The notes under the pieces were generated by a model. The model saw nothing but the letters and a program-made list of their open reading frames with translations, made no database searches and was not told the DNA's origin. The translations under genes and the position numbers were made by a program. This document shows, piece after piece, positions 9,443-18,623 of a stretch of 35,182 nucleotides of DNA (position 1 is its first letter; each line of letters starts with the position of its first letter). Source of the stretch: Fidelibacterota bacterium (lineage in GTDB: Bacteria; Fidelibacterota; Marinisomatia; Marinisomatales; UBA1611); NCBI GenBank assembly GCA_038281125.1, contig JAYNUL010000005.1, positions 1-35,182 on the forward strand. Direction: 5' to 3'.

Positions 9443-9469
9443 GGAAGAGGCTCAATCGGAGCCTCTTCC
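9443..9469 (-). terminator. stem-loop immediately downstream of tRNA-Leu (candidate terminator of the tRNA pair)
   Basis: A perfect 11-bp stem, ggaagaggctc / gagcctcttcc, with a 5-nt loop aatcg. On the minus strand it begins 5 nt after the tRNA-Leu 3' end. The trailing tract is only weakly U-rich (uaaauucuu). Confidence 0.4.
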
Positions 9470-9474
9470 TAAAG

Positions 9475-9558
9475 TACCCAGGGCCGGACTCGAACCGGCA
9501 CGTCCATTCGGACAACAGATTTTAAGTCTGCAGTGTCTACCAATTCCACCACCCGGGC
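9475..9558 (-). tRNA. tRNA-Leu (anticodon UAA), type II with a long variable arm
   Basis: The reverse complement folds as a cloverleaf: acceptor gcccggg/cctgggt, anticodon stem gcaga/tctgt with loop cuUAAaa, variable arm gtccgaatggac, T arm gccgg-ttcgagt-ccggc and discriminator A. No CCA is encoded. Confidence 0.9.
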
Positions 9559-9566
9559 AACTGGTG

Positions 9567-9640
9567 AGGCGTCGGCCGGATTCGAACCGGCGAATGACGG
9601 TTTTGCAAACCGGTCCCTTAAGCCACTTGGGTACGACGCC
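9567..9640 (-). tRNA. tRNA-Cys (anticodon GCA)
   Basis: Reverse complement: acceptor ggcgtcg/cgacgcc, anticodon stem ccggt/accgt with loop uuGCAaa, T arm gccgg-ttcgaat-ccggc and discriminator U. No CCA is encoded. It lies 8 nt upstream of tRNA-Leu on the same strand. Confidence 0.9.
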
Positions 9641-9739
9641 ATACTTTTAAATTTTAATTAAAAATTGAACATAAATTTACCCAATCAATTCAATCTAACA
9701 ATTCCGTTTTTTATATATTAAGCTAATGTATCTTTTAAC

Positions 9740-9970
9740 ATGGATGTAAAACGATTAAACATTTATAAACGATTGAGAGACTTCAAGGTACCCTCAACTG
9801 TTTTAGATAATATTTTTTCAGAAGAAAATGATATTAAAATATTAGAAAATGCATTTAGAGCCTTGGTTGAGGATGGATTCAAAGAGGATGATGCAGCCAA
9901 AGAGATATCAAAAATGATTTTTAAAGAACTTGATCTTTCAGTGGAAGACTACTTAGACGACGAAAAATAG
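9740..9970 (+). CDS. hypothetical small acidic protein
   Basis: 76-aa ORF with no recognisable motif. Its 3' end overlaps the convergent gene by 22 nt. Confidence 0.4.
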   Translation: MDVKRLNIYKRLRDFKVPSTVLDNIFSEENDIKILENAFRALVEDGFKEDDAAKEISKMIFKELDLSVEDYLDDEK

Positions 9971-10305
9971 TTTATATTAAATAATGGTTTTGAAGACCGT
10001 TTAATTAAGTGGTCATATTTTTTACCACTATTAACTTCTGCTCTTATTTGCTCCATTACTGTAAAATGACGAATACCAGCTTCGTAATGAGATAAAATCT
10101 TTGCATCAAGACTATCAATTATTTGATCTGCTTTATAGACCCCATATGCTCTATAATATCCTTCTCTAGTATCTTGCCAAGCAATAGGGCTATTTTCCAT
10201 TTTACTTTTTGAAAGAAGAAAGTAATTCTCAACAAATTCATCAAGGCCTACTGGATCTTTTGCAATTAGCAGTGAGGAAACTAATATGAAAAATATCAAT
10301 CTCAT
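9949..10305 (-). CDS. hypothetical small secreted protein
   Basis: 118-aa ORF with a signal-like N-terminus (MRLIFFILVSSLLIAKDP). It lies 7 nt downstream of the oligoendopeptidase gene. Confidence 0.45.
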   Translation of the reverse strand: MRLIFFILVSSLLIAKDPVGLDEFVENYFLLSKSKMENSPIAWQDTREGYYRAYGVYKADQIIDSLDAKILSHYEAGIRHFTVMEQIRAEVNSGKKYDHLIKRSSKPLFNINYFSSSK

Positions 10306-10312
10306 TGAGTAT

Positions 10313-12004
10313 TTACAATTTATTTGGATCTACCTTATCTAACCAATCACTAACATGCTCCACTACCGTTTCCAGGCATCCATCGTTAAATGGTAATTCA
10401 AGACCTGCAAGAGCAACTAGTTTTGTAAAAGATTGACTTCCACCAGCCTTACATAGATGAACATAATCCTTCCATGCTTTTTTGCTATCTTGCTGATTTT
10501 TTATCCAAAACTGAAAAGCGCATGTTTGCGCAAGAGTGTAGTCTATATAATAGAAAGGCATTTGATAAATATGTAATTGCCCTTGCCATATACCACCTGT
10601 TTTTGGAAAGTGCAGATCATCATAATCCCTATTTGGAAGATAAATTGACTCAAAATCCAACCATCTTTGATTTCTTTCTTTTGGTGTGGCCTCAGGGTTT
10701 TCATAAACCCAATGCTGAAAATGATCAACGCATGCACCATAAGGAAGAAAAGATAGACTTCCAGCTATGTGCTTGTACTTGAATCTTTCTGTTTCTTCTT
10801 TGAAAAATTTATGCATCCATGGCCAGGTAAAAAACTCCATACTCATTGAATGAATTTCAGCTGCTTCCATGGTAGGCCATAGATACCCAAGCAGCGGTTG
10901 ATTTCTGCTTGAATAACATTGAAATGCATGACCAGCCTCATGAGTCAAAACAGTAATATCATGATCAGTACCGTTAAAATTGGAAAAAATATAAGGTCGG
11001 TCGTATTTAGGAAAAGAAGTACAGAAACCGCCTGGTCTTTTCCCTTCACGATTCACCAAGTCCATTAGCTCCTCTTCTACCATCATATCAAAAAAGTCAC
11101 CAGTCTCATTAGAAAGCTCACGATACATTACCTGTGCTTCCTTTATCAAATGATCTGGAGAACCTTTTGGTTTTGGGTCGCCTTCTTTAAAATTTATTCC
11201 ATCGTAAAAGTATAAATGATCAAGGCCCAAGATATTCTTCTTCTTTTGAACTAATTTTTTGACAACTGGAACTACATGATCTACAATTTGTTTTCGAAAG
11301 TTAGCAACTTCATTAGGACCATAATCTGATCTCCCCATTCTCATGTAACCAAGCTCTATGAAATTATCATACCCCAGGGTTGTTGCTATTTTATGTCTTA
11401 GTTTTACCAATTTATCATAAATGTCATCTAGAGCTTCAGAATTCTCGCTGAACCAATTAAACCTAGCCTCGTATGAGGCTTTCCTAATATTTCGATCTTC
11501 ATTACTGTGAAACGGACCAAGCCCAGCTAAATTGTATTCCTTGCCATCATACGTTATTTTTGCTCCTGCTGTTAGCTTTGTGTACTCATTTCGAAGATTG
11601 GTTTCTTCTTTTAACATTTCTTTTATTTTTGGATCAAAGGTTTTAAGAGATGTTTCGATGTCGGTAAGAAACTTCTCACCCCATTTTTTGGATAATTCAT
11701 CTTTATGCTTTGATTGATTGACAGCTTTTTCAAAAGAATCACCAATCTCAATCATATCAGGTCCAATAGAATCGTAGTAATCTTTTTCTGCCTTTGCATG
11801 TTCGTTGTTTATATCTCTACTAAAATTTAAACTAGCCATTGCAGAATACGAGTGGTACTCTTTATTTTGCTCATTAACATCCAAAATGATATTTATTTGA
11901 TCCTCAACTGAATGTGCATTTGAAAATTTATCCAAATACTCTTTCATTGAATTTCTTCTTTTTTCAACATCTATACGTTCATACTGTAGTTCACTATATT
12001 TCAT
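10313..12004 (-). CDS. M3B-family oligoendopeptidase (PepF-like)
   Basis: 563 aa. The zinc motif is VLTHEAGHAF with a downstream E (EAAEIHSMSMEFF). Length and layout are typical of M3B. No signal peptide. Confidence 0.85.
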   Translation of the reverse strand: MKYSELQYERIDVEKRRNSMKEYLDKFSNAHSVEDQINIILDVNEQNKEYHSYSAMASLNFSRDINNEHAKAEKDYYDSIGPDMIEIGDSFEKAVNQSKHKDELSKKWGEKFLTDIETSLKTFDPKIKEMLKEETNLRNEYTKLTAGAKITYDGKEYNLAGLGPFHSNEDRNIRKASYEARFNWFSENSEALDDIYDKLVKLRHKIATTLGYDNFIELGYMRMGRSDYGPNEVANFRKQIVDHVVPVVKKLVQKKKNILGLDHLYFYDGINFKEGDPKPKGSPDHLIKEAQVMYRELSNETGDFFDMMVEEELMDLVNREGKRPGGFCTSFPKYDRPYIFSNFNGTDHDITVLTHEAGHAFQCYSSRNQPLLGYLWPTMEAAEIHSMSMEFFTWPWMHKFFKEETERFKYKHIAGSLSFLPYGACVDHFQHWVYENPEATPKERNQRWLDFESIYLPNRDYDDLHFPKTGGIWQGQLHIYQMPFYYIDYTLAQTCAFQFWIKNQQDSKKAWKDYVHLCKAGGSQSFTKLVALAGLELPFNDGCLETVVEHVSDWLDKVDPNKL

Positions 12005-12045
12005 TATTTACTCGCAAGGTTGTTTAATTTTCTATAAATGAGTAT

Positions 12046-12918
12046 CTACCTATTACTAAGGCGCTCCTTTTTTCTTTCTTCCCTTCCTGCAGGGTCTGGC
12101 TGAGGAATGGCTCTCAAAAGTTCTCTGGTGTAATCATGGCTGGGTTTGTCAAAAATATCATCGGTTTTATTAATCTCCACTAGTTCACCATTATACATTA
12201 CGCCGATGCGATCAGAAATATGTTTCACAACTGATAGATCATGTGCAATAAAAATAATTGAGAGATTGAATTCCTCTTGAAGGTCCATCATAAGGTTAAT
12301 TATTTGGGCCTGGATAGAAACATCCAAAGCAGAAACGGGTTCATCAGCAATTATAATCTCTGGCTCGGTAGCTAATGATCTAGCAATTCCAATTCGCTGT
12401 CTTTGCCCACCAGAAAACTCATGAGGATATCTTGTAGCCTGTTCAGAGGACAATCCAACCTTGTCAAGAAGCCAGTTAACTTTTTCATTTTTTTCAATGG
12501 TGCTAAGATCAGTATTGATATCTAAGGGTTCCCTTATAATATCTTTTACAAGCATTCTTGGGTTTAAAGATGAATATGGGTCCTGAAATATCATTTGAAT
12601 ATGCTTTCTAAAGGGCTTACTATCGCTTCTAGATAAATTGCTAATCTCTATTTGGTTGTCATCAATATTTAATTTGATTTCACCTGATATTTTCACATCT
12701 GGAGCAGTTAGCCGTAGCACATTAAGTATGGCATTACCTAAAGTAGATTTACCCGACCCTGATTCCCCAACAATGCCAAGGGTTTCGCCTTTATATAACT
12801 CAAAACTTACTTTTTTTACTGCATGCACCTGGTCGATCTCTTTCTGAAGTATACCCCCAAAAACAGGGAAATCGACAATCAAATCACTTACACTTAAAAT
12901 CTTTGAAGTGTTATTCAT
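12046..12918 (-). CDS. peptide ABC transporter ATP-binding protein (OppF/DppF type)
   Basis: Walker A GESGSGKST, signature FSGGQRQRIGIAR and Walker B IIIADEPVSALD. It overlaps the upstream ATPase gene by 4 nt. Confidence 0.9.
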   Translation of the reverse strand: MNNTSKILSVSDLIVDFPVFGGILQKEIDQVHAVKKVSFELYKGETLGIVGESGSGKSTLGNAILNVLRLTAPDVKISGEIKLNIDDNQIEISNLSRSDSKPFRKHIQMIFQDPYSSLNPRMLVKDIIREPLDINTDLSTIEKNEKVNWLLDKVGLSSEQATRYPHEFSGGQRQRIGIARSLATEPEIIIADEPVSALDVSIQAQIINLMMDLQEEFNLSIIFIAHDLSVVKHISDRIGVMYNGELVEINKTDDIFDKPSHDYTRELLRAIPQPDPAGREERKKERLSNR

Positions 12919-13904
12919 GACTTTAACATTTCCGTATTTATTCTCACAAAATGTCCTTGTTCAACCTCAATTAGTTCTGGCTCTACCTTTGTGCCTCCAC
13001 ACGCACATTTTTCTGGCTCAAATCGTGAACATAGTTTGCATCCATCCCCAAGTTCAAGTATTGATGGCACCATGCCCTTAAGGGCCTTTAGACGCTTTGA
13101 TTTTTTATCTATTTTTGGAATAGACTCCATTAATGCCTTGGTGTAAGGATGTAATGGATTCTTAAATAGCTCATCTATTGTTGCAATTTCTTGAATCACA
13201 CCTCCATACATGACAATAACTCTATCACAAGTCTCAGCTATCACAGCTAGATCATGGGTAATTAGAAGAATGGCTGCGTCATTTCTTGAATCTTTTAGCT
13301 CCATCATTAAATCTAAAATTTGAGCCTGAATGGTCACATCTAGTGCAGTAGTTGGTTCATCAGCAATTAAAAGAGATGGATTGCACTGGAGTGCCATTGC
13401 TATCATTATTCTTTGCCTCATTCCTCCAGAAAATTGATGAGGATAGTCATTTATCCTTCTTTCTGGCTCAGGTATTCCGACTGCATCCAACATTTTTATA
13501 CTTTTTTTAGTTGCTTCCTCTTCTGATAATCCATTATGCTCAATAAGAACCTCATTCATCTGAACACCAACTCTCAAAACTGGATTTAGCGAAGTCATTG
13601 GTTCCTGAAAAATCATTGATATATGTCTCCCCCTATAAGCTCTCATTTCTTCGTAGCTAAGATCCAAAAGATTTTGGCCATCATAAATTATTTTACCTGA
13701 AACAATTTCACCAGGCGGGTTTGGAATTAAACGATTAATTGAAAGCGAGGTGACTGACTTACCTGAACCAGATTCACCAACAATACCTAATACTTCTCCC
13801 TTGTAAATATCAAATGAAACATCATTTACAGCTTTAACCGTACCAGCCTCAGTATGGAAAAAAGTTTTTAGATTTTTAATTTCGAATAATTTATCCATTT
13901 TCAT
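12915..13904 (-). CDS. peptide ABC transporter ATP-binding protein (OppD/DppD type)
   Basis: Walker A GESGSGKSV, signature FSGGMRQRIMIAMAL and Walker B LLIADEPTTALD. The C-terminal extension is Cys-containing (CKLCSRFEPEKCACG), typical of the oligopeptide ATPase C-terminal domain. Confidence 0.9.
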   Translation of the reverse strand: MKMDKLFEIKNLKTFFHTEAGTVKAVNDVSFDIYKGEVLGIVGESGSGKSVTSLSINRLIPNPPGEIVSGKIIYDGQNLLDLSYEEMRAYRGRHISMIFQEPMTSLNPVLRVGVQMNEVLIEHNGLSEEEATKKSIKMLDAVGIPEPERRINDYPHQFSGGMRQRIMIAMALQCNPSLLIADEPTTALDVTIQAQILDLMMELKDSRNDAAILLITHDLAVIAETCDRVIVMYGGVIQEIATIDELFKNPLHPYTKALMESIPKIDKKSKRLKALKGMVPSILELGDGCKLCSRFEPEKCACGGTKVEPELIEVEQGHFVRINTEMLKS

Positions 13905-14956
13905 CGCAGCCTGGAGTAGACCTTTGGGTCAAACGCTTCTCGCACACCTTCACCAATGAAAACAATGCATAAGAGGGTAAGAAATTGGGCAGTGACCGGT
14001 GCAAAAACCATCCACCATTTTCTTATATTTTGTAGACCTACATCCAACATTTGTCCCCAAGATGGTGTTGGTGGAGATAAACCAAACCCTAGGTAATCAA
14101 GTCCAACAAGTGCAGTGATTCCTGCCACCACAGCAAATGGGAAATAGGTAATAATTGGAACAAGTGAATTTGGAAGAATATGCTTAAACATTACTTTGAA
14201 GTTAGATTGCCCCATACTCAGAGCGGCAGCTACATATGCTCTTGACTTTTCTCGATAAAATTCAGCTCTCATTAAATAGGTCATACTGATCCAATTAACT
14301 AGTGTATAAATACCAATTAACAACAGAAATGACGGTTTTAATATCGAGGACAAAATGATAATCACAAAGAGCATCGGAAGGCTTGACCATATCTCGATCA
14401 ATCTTTGGAAAATTAAGTCAAATTTGCCACCAAAATATCCCATAGCTCCGCCAATAAGAACTCCAATAACATAATTAATTAATGTAAGGATCAGTGCAAA
14501 TGAAATGGATATATTGAATGCATAGCACAACCTAGCGAATACGTCCCTTCCCGTATTATCGGTGCCTAGCCAGTGCTTTCTTGAAGGTGGTTCATACATT
14601 TTATTACCCTCCGTGGTGATATCCTCATAGGGTGAATAGGGATAGGGAGGCATTAAAACCCAGTTACCAGAGCCAATTTGTTCAGCAAATTGGTTCTTTA
14701 ATTTCCTATATTTTGCTTCTCCGGGTACATCTTGCCCAAACTCTTTGCCTGATATGTAACCTGAAAATATTGGGAAATGAAGTGAACCATCATATTTTAC
14801 AATAAGTGCTCGATTATTAATTAATATCGGCAGAAGAAAGGATAAGGCATACAGAACCGTCAGTGTAACAAGGGAGTAGTACCCTCTTTTTAAGGTTTTA
14901 AATTTTTTCCATCTCCTCTTTAGGATGGACTCATTCATTAGATCTTGCTGATACAT
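13901..14956 (-). CDS. yejE: ABC transporter permease, YejE-like
   Basis: 351 aa. It is collinear with E. coli YejE as I recall it: ...VKYDGSLHFP..., PPSRKHWLGTDNTGRDVFARL, FQRLIEIWSSLP, RAEFYREK, LDYLGFGL and REAFDPK. Confidence 0.8.
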   Translation of the reverse strand: MYQQDLMNESILKRRWKKFKTLKRGYYSLVTLTVLYALSFLLPILINNRALIVKYDGSLHFPIFSGYISGKEFGQDVPGEAKYRKLKNQFAEQIGSGNWVLMPPYPYSPYEDITTEGNKMYEPPSRKHWLGTDNTGRDVFARLCYAFNISISFALILTLINYVIGVLIGGAMGYFGGKFDLIFQRLIEIWSSLPMLFVIIILSSILKPSFLLLIGIYTLVNWISMTYLMRAEFYREKSRAYVAAALSMGQSNFKVMFKHILPNSLVPIITYFPFAVVAGITALVGLDYLGFGLSPPTPSWGQMLDVGLQNIRKWWMVFAPVTAQFLTLLCIVFIGEGVREAFDPKVYSRLR

Positions 14957-14964
14957 CTACTTAA

Positions 14965-16239
14965 TTATTTGAACCTTATTCTTGGATCTACAAGAGCCAG
15001 TGTAAAATCGGAAATAATATTACCTAGTAACCTCAAAATAACTACGATAACCAGGAAACCCAATGTCACCGGATAATCTCTTTGTAAAACTGCCTCAAAG
15101 GCTAGCTTTCCAAAACCTTCAATATTAAATACCCGCTCAATAAAATAAGATCCTGCAATCACTACACCAATAATATGACCAATGTTTGCAGCTATTGGGA
15201 TGACACTATTTCGTATTGCATGGCCCCAAATTACTCTTTTCTCACTTATGCCTTTTGCAAATGCGGTTCGGATATAATCCTGACTTAGATTTTCCAATAA
15301 CCCATTTTTCATAAGAACAGTCAAGGTCGCAAAGCTTCCAATAGACCAGGCAATAATTGGAAGGATCATATGATGTATTTGGTCTAAAATTTTTTGAAAA
15401 ACCGTCAACTGATCCCAGATTTCTCTTGGAGAGTGAAGTCCTCCTAATGGAAAGAGATCAAAAAAGCTGCCTCCACCAAGCAAAACTAAAAGAACACCAC
15501 CTAATGCCCAACCTGGTATAGAGTATGCAATGAAAATGGCTACACTTGAACCAAAATCAAATGCAGAACCATGGTTCATTGCCTTTTTAATTCCAAGAGG
15601 AATACAAACAAGGTATGATAAAAATATTCCCGTTAAACCAAGTAATAATGATATCCTAAATCTTGGAGCCATTACCTCTGTGACTGGTTTTGCATAAATG
15701 TAAGATTTTCCAAGATTACCGGTTAATATACCTGAAAATTCTTTTTGGAAGACAACCGCCTGTGTTGATCCGTCTATTCCAATGCTATCTATTGAGGCAC
15801 TCCATACTTTGCTTATTACCCCATCAAGTTCTCTTACAACTAAATCATCATTCTTGTCTTTAATAATCTGAACGGTCCAAAGTTTACCATCACGTTTACC
15901 AACTCTCTTCTCTGCTATCGTTTGATCAACTTCAAAAGAGACCTCTCTGTGCTTGATTTCCCTGGGCCAAATACCTAGCCATATTAAGTATCTTTGGTAG
16001 ATTGGCTTATCAAACCCATAAAACCTCTCTAGCTCCTTAAGTGCACTCTCAGGTAGAACATTACCGCCAAACTCACTTGATGATGCTGCTCCCGCTTCGG
16101 CGCCACCCATTTGTAATTCCATAATTGCACGATCAATAGGGCCTCCAGGTGCTACTTGCAAAATGGTAAAAACGAGCACTGTAGAGCCCAAGAAGGTTGG
16201 GATCATAAGCAAAAGCCTTCTAGAAAAGTATGCGGCCAT
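14965..16239 (-). CDS. yejB: ABC transporter permease, YejB-like, with an enlarged first periplasmic loop
   Basis: 424 aa. It resembles E. coli YejB: RRLLLMIPTF, QVAPGGPID, ERFYGFDKPIYQRY, GGGSFFDLFPLGG, TAFAKGISEKRV and LVDPRIRF. It carries about 85 extra residues between YLIWLG and GNLGKSY. Confidence 0.8.
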   Translation of the reverse strand: MAAYFSRRLLLMIPTFLGSTVLVFTILQVAPGGPIDRAIMELQMGGAEAGAASSSEFGGNVLPESALKELERFYGFDKPIYQRYLIWLGIWPREIKHREVSFEVDQTIAEKRVGKRDGKLWTVQIIKDKNDDLVVRELDGVISKVWSASIDSIGIDGSTQAVVFQKEFSGILTGNLGKSYIYAKPVTEVMAPRFRISLLLGLTGIFLSYLVCIPLGIKKAMNHGSAFDFGSSVAIFIAYSIPGWALGGVLLVLLGGGSFFDLFPLGGLHSPREIWDQLTVFQKILDQIHHMILPIIAWSIGSFATLTVLMKNGLLENLSQDYIRTAFAKGISEKRVIWGHAIRNSVIPIAANIGHIIGVVIAGSYFIERVFNIEGFGKLAFEAVLQRDYPVTLGFLVIVVILRLLGNIISDFTLALVDPRIRFK

Positions 16240-16271
16240 TATTTTGGTCTAAGGGAATGTTATAAAAAATT

Positions 16272-18170
16272 CTAGAGATCCTTCCAAAACGTGTGATCCA
16301 TCTCACCTACATCCAACTGAGCATTAGACCTCATTGCACTTTTAAGTTTTTCTGCTTTTATATCATCAAACCACCAGTGATAAAGAATATCCTCCATTCT
16401 ACCACCATATTTTGACAACATATAATCCGGATATCCAAACTTATCCCAGAATAGAAGCCTGATGGGCGGTTCTCTAGATAAACCTAGAGCAGAATATCGA
16501 GATTCAACAATGATACTATCAATTTCTTGAATGATTTTTACTCGTTTATCATGGTCAAATTCAATATCGTAAAGCGGAAGAAGCTCATCAACCCTATCGC
16601 TCTTAAATCCATACATGTTATTATTATTCTTTTGATCTGCCAATGTGGATTTAAACATAGTCTCAGGATTAGGATATACTAGTCCACCCCATGCCTGAAA
16701 ATCTATTGTAAAGTTTCTGTCCATCAAATTTTTCCATCTAGTAGTTCTATCAATGAATTTTATTTGCATGTCTATTCCATATTCCTTCAGTATCTGTTGC
16801 ATGGGCGTTACTCTATAATCAGCAGTTTTATTTATTTCAATTGTAAACCTTAACACCTTGCCAGATTCGTTGTGGACAAGAAATCCCTCATCGTTTCGTT
16901 TAGTATATCCCGCTTCCTTTAGATACTCTAGAGCTTTTTCTGGATCATAAACATATTTTGGATTGTTAGGATTTTCATATTCACTCCCGCTGTACAAAGA
17001 GTTAATAGGAGTATATTCATTATATAATATTTCACGGTTAAACTTTTCTCTATCATAGAGGTATGAAAATGCATACCTAAGTCGTTTGTCATCAAATGGC
17101 CACTTTCTCATGTTAAAACCATATCCCCAAGTTCCAGCAGGGGAATTAGAAAATATCCTTTTTTTCTGAATCCATCCCATATTTACAGCTTCAAAATCTG
17201 TCTCGTCAACCCACATGGAAGGTTTAGCAATTTCATAAAAATCAGACTCACCTTTTTTCATTTTTTCAAATTCAAGCGTTGGATTATCTTTAACTACTTT
17301 TACAGTGATTCGATCAAAATTAAACATATACTTATTCGTTGGATGGTCCTGACCCCACCAATCATCTCTCCTTACTAGAGAATAAGATTCTTGGTTAATG
17401 ATATCTTCATCTTTAATAAGATATGGACCTGTTCCGGGTAACATTTTAAAATTATATTCTTCGAGATAGGCTGTTCCATCAAGGTCTTTTAGATAGTGTT
17501 CTGGTAATATAACCATTCCACCAAAATAAAGCATATTTCTCCAGTTTAGGTCTTTAGACTTAACCTTAACAATATATTTACTTATAGCTTCGGGTCTTTC
17601 AATTTTCCCAAATGTAATTTGGGTAGAGGGCATTAGTATTGTTTCGTCCATCCGAATATCATAAGATGCTATCACATCATCTGCGGTTACTTCCTGACCA
17701 TCTGACCATCTTGCATCTGGATTGATCCTAAAATAAAATTCCATTTTGTCATCAGAAATTTTCCAATGAGAGGCCAATGCAGGTGTTCGCTCAAGAGTGA
17801 CTGGATGGCTACCTAAAAGGCTCTCATAACACAATGCATTCATTATATAATAATTTTCGGTATAGTTGTAATACTGTCCTAGAGCTCGGAAAGTAGCTGG
17901 AAACCGACTTAGGGTAAACTTAAGGTGCCCACCCTTCTTTGCATCAGGGCTTCCATAAAACTTGTAATCCTCATCAGTAAACTTATATGTCTCAAATCCC
18001 ATGCTTTCAGCAACCTCCTCAAATCCATATCCCCCATCAGCAGGACTAGTAAGTGTGTCTTTAGGTACCAAATCATAATTTATTGAGGTTTTGGAGGTAT
18101 CTTTTCCACCTCCGCAAGAAAAGATAACAATGCTTGCTAATGTAAAGATAAATATCAATTTTTTATTCAT
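16272..18170 (-). CDS. ABC transporter substrate-binding lipoprotein, family 5 (YejA/OppA-like)
   Basis: 632 aa with a lipoprotein signal (LASIVIFSCGGG). Size and position at the head of the permease/ATPase operon fit a family-5 peptide-binding protein. Confidence 0.8.
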   Translation of the reverse strand: MNKKLIFIFTLASIVIFSCGGGKDTSKTSINYDLVPKDTLTSPADGGYGFEEVAESMGFETYKFTDEDYKFYGSPDAKKGGHLKFTLSRFPATFRALGQYYNYTENYYIMNALCYESLLGSHPVTLERTPALASHWKISDDKMEFYFRINPDARWSDGQEVTADDVIASYDIRMDETILMPSTQITFGKIERPEAISKYIVKVKSKDLNWRNMLYFGGMVILPEHYLKDLDGTAYLEEYNFKMLPGTGPYLIKDEDIINQESYSLVRRDDWWGQDHPTNKYMFNFDRITVKVVKDNPTLEFEKMKKGESDFYEIAKPSMWVDETDFEAVNMGWIQKKRIFSNSPAGTWGYGFNMRKWPFDDKRLRYAFSYLYDREKFNREILYNEYTPINSLYSGSEYENPNNPKYVYDPEKALEYLKEAGYTKRNDEGFLVHNESGKVLRFTIEINKTADYRVTPMQQILKEYGIDMQIKFIDRTTRWKNLMDRNFTIDFQAWGGLVYPNPETMFKSTLADQKNNNNMYGFKSDRVDELLPLYDIEFDHDKRVKIIQEIDSIIVESRYSALGLSREPPIRLLFWDKFGYPDYMLSKYGGRMEDILYHWWFDDIKAEKLKSAMRSNAQLDVGEMDHTFWKDL

Positions 18171-18269
18171 TTTTTTATATGTCTTTGATTCGTTAATAGT
18201 TAAGCCGCGAAAGTTAGTATTTGAAAATGTAAATTAATACGTGAAATGCTTATTTTTTATGATTCATGA

Positions 18270-18623
18270 TTAATTGGAACTTCCAGGCTTGGTTGCTAAA
18301 ACTTTTCCAGCAAAATAATAACCGAACGAAACAAGAACTACCATTGCGTGTGTAGATGTCCAAGATGCCATTGATTTAGCTTTTTTATAATCTCTTTTCC
18401 AATCATTTTCATAAAGTTTTTTTATCTGATCTTTTCCGCCACTTTTTTCACACTCTTCTATCAACTTTCTTAATTTTATCATATCCTTCAAAGGAACAGC
18501 CTTTAATCCTTTAGATTCTGAAAGTCTTATTAATGGATGGTTGCATGGATTTTTATCTTTGTTCTTTATATCTTTAGCAAAGATGATACCTAAAAAAAGT
18601 ATTGAGGATATGATCTGCTTCAA
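18270..18623 (-). CDS. hypothetical protein with a signal peptide and a C-terminal TM segment
   Basis: 117-aa ORF that overlaps the upstream gene by 4 nt. The body is K/E-rich and a C-terminal hydrophobic helix reads AMVVLVSFGYYFAG. Confidence 0.45.
   Translation of the reverse strand: MKQIISSILFLGIIFAKDIKNKDKNPCNHPLIRLSESKGLKAVPLKDMIKLRKLIEECEKSGGKDQIKKLYENDWKRDYKKAKSMASWTSTHAMVVLVSFGYYFAGKVLATKPGSSN

Noticed and set aside
9411-9479. A 9-nt direct repeat, ctaaagtac, flanking the hairpin next to tRNA-Leu. One copy overlaps the tRNA 3' end, which could indicate a mini att site or MITE footprint.
   Set aside because: The repeat is only 9 bp in AT-rich DNA and the copies are about 50 bp apart. 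There is no integrase or cargo between them. Chance, or simply part of the terminator context, is more likely.
10474-12847. Short ORFs 10474-10782(+), 10543-10740(-), 11532-11717(+) and 12638-12847(+).
   Set aside because: They are embedded in the strongly supported PepF-like and ABC ATPase genes and carry no motifs.
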